NCBI GenBank assembly: GCA_013115125.1
Contig: JABANN010000061.1
Location: forward strand, 1-64,000
Reading direction: 5' to 3'
Length of the DNA: 64,000 nucleotides
Source: Perkinsus olseni
Taxonomy: Eukaryota
Shown here: in pieces, positions 12,708-24,274 of the stretch
Layout: every line of letters starts with the position of its first letter
Position numbering within the stretch: the first letter of the stretch is position 1
The notes under the pieces: model-generated
The model's database searches: none
The model's input: only the letters and a program-made list of their open reading frames with translations
Told to the model about the DNA's origin: nothing
Translations under genes and position numbers: made by a program

Positions 12708-15259
12708 TCACCCCGGAACTGCGCGCATCCGATATTGCAGCAGTTCCTGAGACACACTTGGGAGACTTCGTCGGCAAGGACTGGGACGCACCTTGATCTC
12801 CTCATGGGACATCTCACCACTGAGGTCTTCAAATAGAGTGGCTAGACGATCGATGTTGTTGGTTATGACAAGCACGAACAACTCGAACGCTTGCGTCCCT
12901 CGGAAGATGGTCGCCTTGTGCTTTTTATAGATCTCAATATCCTTTTTGAAGAATCTACAGTGTAAAAGTGAACATGCGGTTATGAGGGAGGGTTGGGAGA
13001 CTACCACACTCACCTAGGGTAATCCTCGTACCACAAAGTAGGGTGCTGATGATGCACTACATGATAGTCCGCTTCGAAGACCTGAGAGGGGGCAGGGGTT
13101 GCTCGGCAGGTGCGCTGCTGTTGCCTACGTTGTAGTGGCCATCGAGGATGGTGATACTCGTTATATAGTCGTTATCAGGGTCCTTAGGGTCTACCCAAGC
13201 ATGCCAAGTGTAGTTGATAGCAGCCTGAGTTGGAGAAGCAGCATGAGACGCTTAATGTCGATTGTATTGAAAATGCGCAGGTTTGAGGGATTCGGGATTC
13301 GGTACGCTGAGCACGCTATCAGCGAGATGAGTGGTAGTTGAGTTCTCGTGAGTTGAGCGTGGGACTGACCAGAAGCGTGACGGCCTCAAAGTGGGGGTAT
13401 ACCCAATAGACCAGGGCAAATCGCCAATTGATTGTGAGTAGCGTGAGCATGATGCCATAGTAGGCCAGAGTCCCTGATGAAGGATGGTACGTCTAGGTCG
13501 GCAGGGAAGCGGAGGTCAACCAACCTTTGAGCTGCTTCCAGGCCAGTCCCCCCTCGCCACGGCCGTGGAGGTGCCAAGCTACACTGAGTCCAGACCAGAA
13601 CCTACAGGGGACGCCTACGGACTCGAGACTGTCCTTGCAAACGTACAGATAGAACTTCCCAAGGTACGCGATGAACTGCCGGGGATGGTTACGGTCGAAC
13701 TCCATCGTGGCTGAGTCGTCAAGTATCCCATTATTATATCTGACAGCCCGAATGATGCTGTTATTGACAGAACGTTGAGTCTACTTGTGATGAACTTTGT
13801 TGTGCCCAACCTTATAGCCCTCGGGTACTCCGCCATAGAACATGAAGGAGCCCCACTCGATGAGCCTGTTGAAGACCCTCCATCTTCCCTTGAACATGGG
13901 TACTGAGGAATGGGCTTCGATGTGAACCTGGGAGGAGGGTGGAGCGGAAGAGTTGAGAGGCACAGTGGTGACGCCTACAGTAGCGTGGGTGTAGGCGAAG
14001 AAGGTGAAGTATGGCCCTAGACGGAAGAGATGGTAAACGACGAAGTGTACAGGGTTGGCCATAAACCAACCATCATACGGCATTGCCTTCTCTGCAACAA
14101 ATACGTATCTGTTATCGAGACTGCCATCATAGTCGAAGGGAGTTGCTAGTACAGCATTGATAGGGGAATGACAAGGGCAAGCACGTAGGTGGGAAGATAC
14201 ACGTACAGCCGCTCTTGAGTCATTATTGACCGGGCTATGGTGCGCAGAAGACCTCGTCCTGAGGACGGGCACGCTGCCACAACGTCGTGAGCTACAGCGG
14301 ACCTTGCTCCTTGACCATCTGGCGCAACCGTCGAGGCACCAACGTGCCCCAGCACAGGCGGTTAAGCACAGCGTAGATGAGTATCGTGGAGGTGACGAGA
14401 GCAACCGTGAGGGGAGCGGTCACAAGCGGCAGTGCACCACAGAGGAAGCCGATCTTAGATGGAATGCCGGAGGTGATGGCCCCCTTCGGACCTGAGACGC
14501 GACAAGCAGGTAGCGATGGGAGCCGCCCAGGTTGGGGATTACGACTTAAGTAGATCTTATAGAGGAGAATGGCGGCCAGGTGACTGACGACCAATACCTG
14601 AGGTGATGGTCAGGGCGACACTGCGTGGGAGGACTCCAAGTACCGCGGCCTCGGTCGGGTTCTTATCGATGGCCAGCACTAACGCTGTGGTGACCCAGTA
14701 AAGGGCAACTGGATGGGGCACGCCACAGACCGTTCTCCGAGTGTGAAGGTGGCGATCATCTCCGTTCCGGTTGTGCAAGGACAAGCACGCGAACACGGTG
14801 ACCAGGTACCTGACGGAGGGCCAGCTGGTGACAGAGGGGAGGTTGTTGGGATCATACCATAGTGAACCGAGGAGCAGCGGGAAATATCTTGAAGAATCTT
14901 TGGTTTCTCCAGGGTTTACAGGAGGGAGGTCGCTCAGGGCATGGGCTGTCCGCAAGGATCGATACCCTAAGGAGCGCAGCAGTGGCCGGCGCGGTGTTAG
15001 AGTGCTTACCGCTGCTCTGGAGGCAGAAGGTCGTAACAAAACTCCATGAGACAATCCAGTTGAGCGCTATCAGGGCGAGCTGACCCCATCTGAGAAGAGG
15101 ATAGCCCTCAGGGAGCCGCACCAGCTCTCACCTGGTGGGGCTGCTCTGGAGGAAGAACATCATCCGAAGGGTGCGTTTATCGAAGGCCACCGCCAAGCCG
15201 ACAGCGGTGGCAATGAAGCTCGTGACGAAGACGAGGTCGTAAGGCGGCGGGTAGGCCAT
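12708..15259 (-). CDS. Membrane fatty-acid desaturase/hydroxylase family protein with extended hydrophobic N-terminus; multi-exon
   Basis: Three His boxes in spliced frame: HIEAH, HNKVHH, YHVVHH; multiple TM segments; ends ELLQYRMRAVPG*. Confidence 0.8.
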
Positions 15260-15699
15260 TGCAAGGGCAGTACGTCGGAACCCTGCAATGATACGGCCAA
15301 CTTGGCCGGGCCAAGTTCGAGTGGTCCATTGTTGTAGATCCGGATCACGCTGAGGCGCTCCCACAATTTTATCTTTACTCGGTACGATACGCAAGCATGG
15401 CATGCCTCTCGGTAGAACCCATGCTCCTGTTCCCACTGAGCAAGGAATAGTGGAGATACGATGACACAACTCTCCACTGTGCGGCACATTGGTAAGTTGC
15501 GCCACCATGCCGGTACACATATTAGGTTGCCAGTAGGTTCGATACCGGTATCCGAAGCCGATCTCGACTGTGTTTGGGGCCGATGTCCCGTGGCCCCGAG
15601 CGCAGCGTTTATATTCTGTACGGCACACGTGCACCGAGCGTTGGGTCCATCAGCGCCTCGCTTGACACCGTTCATCATTACTCACTAATTACTTATCAC

Positions 15700-16734
15700 A
15701 CTTATGCTTTCTCGAGTTTGCCCAACTATTATGTCCTCCATGATCAGCAGCGGTCGCTAGTTGCGACTTGCAACGATCGAAGCCGCGCCTCGATGGTGTA
15801 CATGCTCAGCAAGCGGGCAGCTTGCACGTGGGACAGTGACGCCAAGAAGGTCGCACGTGTCGCGGTACTGACTTGGATATCACTTAGGGGAAACTCAAAA
15901 AGCGGATGTCTTGTGCCAGAATAAGCCAATACCACTACCCTGGGACAGAAGTAGTGTAACAATGCACTTCACGCTTCTCTCTGCTTCACTGCACGGCCTG
16001 AGCATCTCGCTTGCCCAGACGATCGGTATTGGGCTCATCAGCTATATAAGGACTGGGGAGTGCTCGGGACATACTCAGGACCAACCAACCGAGTAGAGGA
16101 GCACCGGTAGTAGGCAATCTGCACCCACAACACACGCTAGTTCATGCATCGCTGTCCCATCCGAGATATTAGACCGAAGAGGGACAACGGAAGGGTGGTG
16201 ATGTGCCATGTTGGGGGCGATGAAGTCGAGTTCCCACCGACAATTGAACTCTATGATCTACTCACAGGACGGCTTTGTCTACCGAAGCGCAGTGAGAGGG
16301 ATAGCCAGCTGGACACCATGCTCATGCCTCGCCCCATACGTGCTTACTCCGTAACCCCTTCAACGTTGATGGGTACGATTATAACGCACCTCGGACGGGA
16401 TGCTCGCAGGAACCGATCCCCGTAATTCATCGACGCATCACAGATTAGCGGAAAAGGCGGTATCATATCGTCGAACCACCAGTATTTTGCGCATTAATCC
16501 CTAGTCGATCATTCGGTTCAACGTATCCTCGACTCTGCCATTGAGGCCTTGGATGACACCCTGTAGCATGGGCTTGTCGTTGTTAGACGAGCCATTCAAT
16601 GCTGCTCTCTCGGAGTAATGGAGTACATCGAGGACGTGCTCTCGCACCTCACCCGTGATCGGGTACATGGGCGTTGTGGGGAAGCGTAGGGCAAGGGATG
16701 CCGGCCATAAGAAAATCAGGAAGCACAAGATCAT
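15700..16734 (-). CDS. Hypothetical secreted protein (signal peptide), multi-exon; 3' end uncertain
   Basis: MILCFLIFLWPASLA-LR signal-peptide pattern; downstream exon-like frames (NYGDRFLRASRPRCVIIVPINVEG) bounded by GT/AG. Confidence 0.45.
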
Positions 16735-16899
16735 CTTGCGGAGTTTGGTTCCACCGCCCTATCCGCAGGCCTCGTCACCGATAGTCTAGGCAAGATTTAA
16801 CACTTCCGCCCCCCGGTATCATTGACATAAGCTAAGCTAAGACGGTACTGAAGGAAGCCGTGTAAATAGGTAACGATTACAGGATTACTAGGCGAGGAG

Positions 16900-18135
16900 A
16901 CAACCCATCTTCGTCATCGAAGTGATCATCATCGTCATCATCGTAATAAGCATCGACACCAACGATGACTCGTCGTATGCCGTGTCGACTACCAGCATCA
17001 TCAGAATGCATCATCTCCAACAACAATGACAAATGCGGATCACTATCATCTCGCTGCTACCGCTGACTTGATGGCAAGTCATCATCTATCATACAAACAG
17101 CTATGACCATAAATATCGAGTATTGCACAGAACAGTCAGCGCGGAACACTCTTCTTCTCCAAGGCGTAAGAACAACAACAACCTTGGGCTCTAGTCGGTC
17201 GGCGGAGATACTACCAGCCAGAGACACTTGAGCTAATAATAACAACTCCCATATGACGTGACTGAGCTTCTGGCGAGGACTCAGGACATCATAAGGGTTC
17301 GTTAAAGGGATAGTATCTTGACGTTGCCACAGAGACTATCGTCCCCACAGCAGTAGCAGGAGACGCGAGCCTCTTTGGCTCACGCTGTTGCTGTGCAATA
17401 ACAGTATCATGGTTTATAATAACTGGAAATAGTAATGACTCAGTGGTGGTAGGAGGGTACGTGTAAAGTAGCGGCAGCAGCATGAACGTCGCCAAAACGT
17501 GATCGCCGCATTTGGTGATGATGGTGGTGCTGTTCGAACGTGGTGGAATAGCAATGATGATTGCTGATAACTAAGCATAGACTCACAGAGGTATTCAGGC
17601 GAGGAAAGCGCGCATACTAAACGCTTATCCCGCCTGAATAAACAAGAGTAGAATAGAGGAAAAATGCCAACACAGTGGTGAAGACGGAGACGACGACGAT
17701 GACGACGTAATTGATAATCACAATAACGACGATTATGATGACGATGACGATAGCAACAACAGCTCACAACTACGATGGTGATTGTCGTCAAAGTAGCAGT
17801 GGTAGCAGCAGCGGCAGTAGTGGTAGAAGAAGAGACAACAAGTATATGCTGTTACAGCAGGAACCATCCCAAAATGGTTGAGCATAATGATACTGATAAT
17901 GCCGTCCAGGCGATTGCCGCTGATAGACGATATTATACAGTAATAGTGACTACAACCGTCAGCGTCGACAACACCCCCTGAAGGAGAATATAACTGTTAA
18001 CAAACGGAATTGGTCACTATGAATGACTGCTACTGCTGGTAGAGCAGAGGGATAATAACTGTCATAACGCTACTAGCCTTGAAGTCTGATGCAGATTCCA
18101 CCACCACTGCGGCTAACTTGCTATCATCGTCAACG
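16900..18135. repeat. Low-complexity trinucleotide-rich (CAT/GAC/CAG/TAG) non-coding stretch downstream of eIF4A
   Basis: Runs such as catcatcgtcatcatc, gacgacgacgatgacgacg, gcagcagcggcagtagtggtag; no coherent ORF. Confidence 0.6.
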
Positions 18136-18148
18136 TTAAGGGGAGAGC

Positions 18149-19729
18149 TTAGAGGAAGTCGGCAACATCCATGGGCATCTCATCGACCTGAGTGTTATAG
18201 TGACGCTCGATCTCACGGAGCTGCTTGATGTCATCAGGAACGACGAAGTTGATGGCGACACCCTTACGACCGAAACGGCCACCACGACCGATACGATGGA
18301 GGTAGTTCTCAATGGAGGCAGGAATATCGTAGTTGATGACCAAGGACACCTGCTGGACATCGATACCACGGGCCAAGAGATCAGTAGAGATCAAGACACG
18401 AGAGCTGCCAGAACGGAACTCGCGCATGATCAAATCACGCTCCTCCTGAGTGAGGTCAGCGTGCATGCAAGAGACGGTATGATCGGCCTCGTGCATCTTC
18501 TCGGCGAGGTAGTCGACCTTTCTCCTGGTGTTGCAGTAGATGATGGCCTGGGTGATAGTGAGGGTCTCGTACAAATCCTTGAGAGTATCGAACTTGTACT
18601 CCTCAGAGTCAATAGCAATGTAGAACTGACGGATACCTGATAGAGGGCGAACGAATAATGAGGGCAGCGGCTAATAGAGAGACTCACCTTCCAAGGTCAG
18701 CTCATCAGTCTTGACGAGGATTCGGACGGGGTCACGCATGAATTTGGTAGTGAGCTGGATGATATCGTCGGGGAGGGTAGCAGAGAACAAGGCAACCTAG
18801 AGGAGGGTGAGGCATATCTTAGGTTGAAGCTTGAGAGGGACGCTGACGACTCACCTGGACGTTGCTGGGCAAGAGACGGAAGACATCGTAGATCTGATCC
18901 TTGAAACCTCGGGAGAGCATCTCATCGGCCTCATCGAGGACGAAGATCTTGAGGTCATCCAACCTAACATGAGAGAGGTCAGGATAGACAAAAGATATCT
19001 TTATCAGATAATACCTAAGATGCCTCTTGTTAGCCATATCAAAGACACGGCCGGGAGTACCAACAACGACGTGCTGACCCTCACGGAGCTTCTCGATATC
19101 CTCACGAACGGCAGTACCGCCAATGCAAGCATGGCACTTGACGTCAAGGAAATCAGCAAGGGCCTTGGTGACCTGATATACAACACATACCATAACTTCC
19201 CCAATTCCCTCTCCCCTCCTTAGTATTACCGAGGTGATCTGCTGAGCGAGCTCACGAGTCGGGGCGAGGATGAGGGCCTGGGTGGCTCTAAGCTTAGGGT
19301 CGACACGAGCAAGGCAGCCAACGGTGAAAGCACCAGTTTTACCAGTACCAGACTGGGCCTGGCCGATGGTATCGCGACCGGCAATCAGGGGCTTGATGGC
19401 TCTCTGAACGATAAACACGGCATTCATACCGTAAAAAGCGCTCCTCATGATAGAAATCAGAATCCCAAATCCGCACTCCAGAGCACAAGTCGAGCCACGA
19501 CGACCCCCAACAGGCCTATGAATTTTAGATAAGTCGTACGACTTGTCGAAGCGAGAAGGAGGACTAAGCGTAAGTCGAGTCCCATCCCGTAACGTACCGA
19601 CTGAATGGCTGAGGGCTTCTCGAAACCATAAGAGTAGATGCCTCGCAAGAGGTTCTCATCCAAGTCCAAATCGTCGAAGGAATCGACGGGAGCGTCGTCG
19701 TAGTTGCACTCGATATTAGTTTGACTCAT
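18149..19729 (-). CDS. eIF4A: Eukaryotic initiation factor 4A (DEAD-box helicase); ~7 exons
   Basis: [85 protein letters not shown]. Confidence 0.98.
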
Positions 19730-20045
19730 TTGTCAGGGAATGTTAGGGGTTAGTCTGCGGTGGGAAAAGCACGGCTATGAACCAGAATTGCAAATGTCGC
19801 TACGCCCGTCTAATCGATTTACTCCCAAACTTTCACTTCATCTCTCGAAGAAGATGCGCTGTGATGTCGCTCGGTGTTCAAACTGAGAGCCACAACCTCC
19901 ATGCATCGGAGGCTGACTTGTCCCTGGAAGTATCTTCGGACTAGGTAACAGTGTACCGGTCTAACAGGGGTCTTTACCGTGTCCTGTCCCTCTAACGAAG
20001 GAGGCCGAACGTATGCCCTTCAAGTTGGAGTAATCTGTGTTAACC

Positions 20046-20703
20046 ATGAGTAACGGCTATCATGCTCCTAGTGATGCTGTGAGGAGGAATGTGATATCTA
20101 AGTCGGAGCTGGCAAAGCATACCTCAACCGACGATGCTTGGTAATCCTCACGTATCTTCATCGCATGCTGGCTACTTGGAGGTTAACCTCTATCAAACAG
20201 GGATAGACGAGAGTATCTTTGTTATTAGGATTGCTATACATGGCCTGGTCGCTGATGTGACCAAGTTTAAAGATGAGCATCCAGGAGGCGAGAGCATCCT
20301 GATGCGTCACGTTGGTAAGGTATCTTAGGTTGACCCTTGCTTTTCTCAAAACCCACACTAAGGTACCGACTGTACTGAGGACTACGATGATGTTGACCAC
20401 TCGGATGATGCTCGTATCAAGTTGATAGAGGAAGTCGCCATTGGTAGTGCTCATGAATGTGCTGCTGCTGTTGGGCCTATCTCGAACGACTTAGGTGTTC
20501 TGGAAGGGATGGAGGATACCCCAGGCATACCAGTGGAGACCGAACTCGGTGACATCCAAGATAGCGGTTGGAGCAGCATGCAGGCAAGAAGGCTCCGGCG
20601 GGCTGGTCATGTATACAAGGCTCGGTCCCTCCTTCAGATCGTCCTAGTAACGGCTGTAATCGCAGCAGTGGCCGTGGGAGTGATCAGCTCCGTGAGGAAG
20701 TAA
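20046..20703 (+). CDS. Cytochrome b5 with C-terminal tail anchor (3 exons)
   Basis: ELAKHTSTDDAW|IAIHGLVADVTKFKDEHPGG...DCTEDYDDVDHS (both haem His); C-terminal TM LLQIVLVTAVIAAVAVGVI. Confidence 0.92.
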
Positions 20704-20887
20704 AGCGAGATGATGGCTATTCTCTGCCACGCTCTTCATACCGCTCCTCGCCATACCGCCCTTTTTTCAACACACTAGTATCGAACTTCTCTTTACCGAC
20801 GCTGTGGCTTTGGTTGGTCGTCTCCGGCGCACTGGGACGGGGTCTGTTGTGATCGTCTAGGCTTCTTGTGGTTTCTTGATAATTTAA

Positions 20888-23837
20888 ATGGTTCTGAGGA
20901 AGTCAACACGAGGAGAGCAACATGATGACAACAATGATTATGACAACACTAAAAGAAGGACGTCATTTTACAAGGCGATTGGCCCCTATGGATGCCAGCC
21001 AGATACAGCTGTAATTGAAGAAGATACCGGTGATACCATGCTGGGTTATGTCAAAGATGACAGAGGCCTGTGGCAAGGTGACGGGACCATTCTATATAAG
21101 TAGTAGTGGTAGTAGTAGGGTCAAGGGGGTGTTGAGGAGACGGTGATCACCCTTTCAGGAATGGTGCTGGGTATTCCGGTGCGGTAGTCGACTCTCGAAG
21201 AGAGGGTCTTGGTGTGTACATAGCAAAGGGTGGCGCAGTTTATAGAGGAGAATGGAAGGTAGTGCTAAGATACCGCGCACGGCTAAGATTTTCGGATGGA
21301 GTATCTTTGGTCAGGATGATGAACCTGATGGGATGGGTAAATGGGAGCAATGTGATAGTAGTTATTACGTTGGGGAATTCAAAGCTGGTCGTAAGCATGG
21401 CCGAGGGTACCACTTCTCCCCTTTCGGTGGCGGCGGAACCAACAGCAGCAGCAGCGTTGGCGTCACCTACTATGAGGTGATACTCTTAGGGTCCTCCCTG
21501 TTGTCTAGTAGTTTACCATCATCAGATGTGGTCCGAGGGGACCTTGGTGGAGCAGAGTCGTGTCACTCAACAGTCTCGTACCTCTTGGTGGGGACGATCT
21601 TCATCGTCCAGTGTTGAACCGACCACTACTAGTAGGGGATGCAATTTAGCGCATAATTGGAGCGATAACGTACCGGTAGCGGAAAGCTTGGCGAGAGGGA
21701 AGAGTGTTACACGGCTTGAAGGGTAGGGGAGAAAGGGGGCTATCCACTGATCATTTGACGATGGTGCGGTACTAAGGAATCTTCAGGTCCACCAGAGTTT
21801 CCACGGTAGAGGGCAGTGGTACTGCTGCTGCCGCCACTGATTTTAACACATGCCCGATGGGGAGCTGGAAGCCTTCGAGACAAGCGAGTAAATCGCGAAT
21901 AGACTCTGGAAGACAGCAGTCCTATGGGAGCCATAGAAGCTCGGTACTTCTGCCACCGGATGCCCTGGGGGGCCCTCTCGGACCGGCTTCCTCGTCTTCT
22001 GGGATGGGACCGGCCCCGAGGTCCGTTGTCGAGTGGAATACCGAGGACGTTGTGAGATGGCTCTCCAGAGTGCTGCATTTGGGCCAATACGGTAGCCCGC
22101 GTATCTTTGATGGCGGTTTCTTCACCGTGCGGTTCTCAGGTGATATCTTCCGACGAGCCCATATATCGGGCCCGACACTCTTGTTGGTGAGCAATCAATT
22201 TTTGAAGTCCAGGCTGGGGGTTAAATCCCTTGGTCATCGTACGAAGATACTTGCAGGGATTGATCAGGTAGCATCGGCGGTTCTTAGTCTTGTGGCGCGT
22301 GACGAATTCTCTTCAGCTCCGTCATGATCTATCGATGTCACATGAGCATGGATGGTCATCTCGTCCTGCCGGCCAATACCTGAGCAGTGCCAGCACCAGT
22401 GGCAGTAGCGCTCTACTCAACCGGCCACTCTTGGGTTCAAATCAAAGCCTCAGTTCGGTCACCGCAGTCCAACCTACCCTCGGAGAGGTTCCCTACGATA
22501 CCTGGTACATCCCCTTCGAGGAGCTAGAGTTCGGTCCACGGCTGGACCCCCGACCAGAGAACAGCCCGGTCGGGGTGTATCGGGGGAGTTGGCTGGGCAA
22601 GGACGTGGCTATAAGGATGTACAGAGCCCAGTTGGTGAACTCCCACAAGTGGTGGTCGGCGGTTCGCCATCTGGACCAAATTCGCCATACTAATATCTGT
22701 CTTTTTATGGGCGTCTCCATCAGTGAGCCCTACTACTGCATCGTCTGGGAGTTCGCGGAGTACGGCAGTTTGGAAGATCTCCTCCACTTCGACCGGTGTC
22801 CGCCCGGTGGCAAGCGGCATCAAGTGGTGAAACCGCCGCTGCCAGTATCGATGGCTCTTCATGTGGCCAGAGGCATTGCCGTGGCTTGCAGCTATCTTCA
22901 GCGGATTCCGGGGCTGGGCAATGGTCCCGGTGGGCACTTAGATTTAAAACCTTCAAACGTTCTGGTCGACTCTTCCTTCAACGTAAAACTGACCGACTTC
23001 TGCCTCAACGAGATCGAGTCCTGCTTCCTCCTACTGCCGGGTGAGGGCATCAGAAGGCCGCCACACAGTCGCTATGATAAACGGGTGGAGACCGGAGGCA
23101 GTCGAGGGGCGTCCTGCCTAGTACCAGTGGCTGGCGAAAGGGATGACTCTAGGGTAGTAGTGCTCCGCTTTTACCACTCCTGTCGTGTAGCGGCCCTCAG
23201 GTTACTACTGCGGCGTTGGACAACACGGCAGCATCGTCACAAGATGAGTATTGCGTTACTGACAGGAGGGTGCTTGTACGAGATGCCAGTTACATGGCCC
23301 CTGAGGTAGTACTGGGTGTAGTAGGCGCACCGCCTCTAGATGGACATAAGCGCTTACGGACTGAAGTAGTGGTGGTAGTGGTCCTGAAACCCCCGTTATT
23401 CTGGCCATTGCTACTCTCTCTCCACTGATCTCACCCTCAGGTCCTACGTCTACCCGTGTGGCACCTCCAACTAGGGATTGACTATCGCTGTGATGTCTAC
23501 AGCTTCGGAGTCATATTGTGGGAACTGCTCACTTGCCGTAGAGCCTACGCTGGCTTCACCAATTCTCAAGTACTACTCCTTCAGCTGGCGGCGGCAGCGA
23601 TGCCACTTGTTGCGATATTGTTAGATACGTGCTTATGTCGGCTATGGTGACGGCACCCTACCACGTCTGTGCTACTCTGCGCCTTCCGACGTCCGCCATC
23701 TCCTAAGAAGATGTCTCGATGCCAACCCTGCCAATCGTCCGACCTTCGATTCGGCCATCCAACGTCTAGCTAGGCTCCAAGGCAGGATGAACACCGTGGC
23801 GGAGGATGCCCTCATATCCTTCATGGCTGGGGTCTAG
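20888..23837 (+). CDS. MORN-repeat + SAM + tyrosine-kinase-like (TKL) domain protein, likely pseudokinase
   Basis: MORN YSGAVVDSRREGLG / YRGEWK..DGMG / YVGEFKAGRKHGRG; SAM WNTEDVVRWL...LGVKSLGHRTKIL; kinase IRHTNICLFMG, HLDLKPSN, YMAPE, DVYSFGVILWEL, RPTF. Confidence 0.88.
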
Positions 23838-24274
23838 GACGCTTACTGCTGCTGCTGCTGCTTACTCTTCCGAAGGGGGTCTTCTTCTCACCCTGACTCC
23901 CTCGCGGAGGGGTGCTGACGTCGTCCCCAATGTCTTCCTGTTATTGTTGTGCATAGTACCGCTGATGCTCGAGTGTTAACATTCCGACTAAGATGATATC
24001 TTTTGTATAATTCAACTTTGATGATGATGATTATGGCGTCCACCACCATTCTTGTTCTCTTTATGTGGTAAATTTTTCGTCATTATAGAAATTACGGTTC
24101 ACGCCAGAGCCCTTGTCCTCCGACTAACGTTATCAACAATACACCATAAGGGCCCGCAGACGACCGCGGCGGCGACGAAGACCACGCTGTTGTCCAATGA
24201 ATCCATTCTGACCAGCCGAACAGAGTCGAGTTCAATCGCAGTTGGAATTGCCCTTTCCAGTTCCATCCTGGTCC

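Noticed and set aside
16900-18135. snoRNA cluster or ORFs in the low-complexity region
   Set aside because: TGATGA/CTGA words arise from trinucleotide repeats, with no terminal stems or identifiable guides; ORFs are compositionally biased
18200-18640. 146-aa + strand ORF
   Set aside because: Antisense to the codon-biased eIF4A exon
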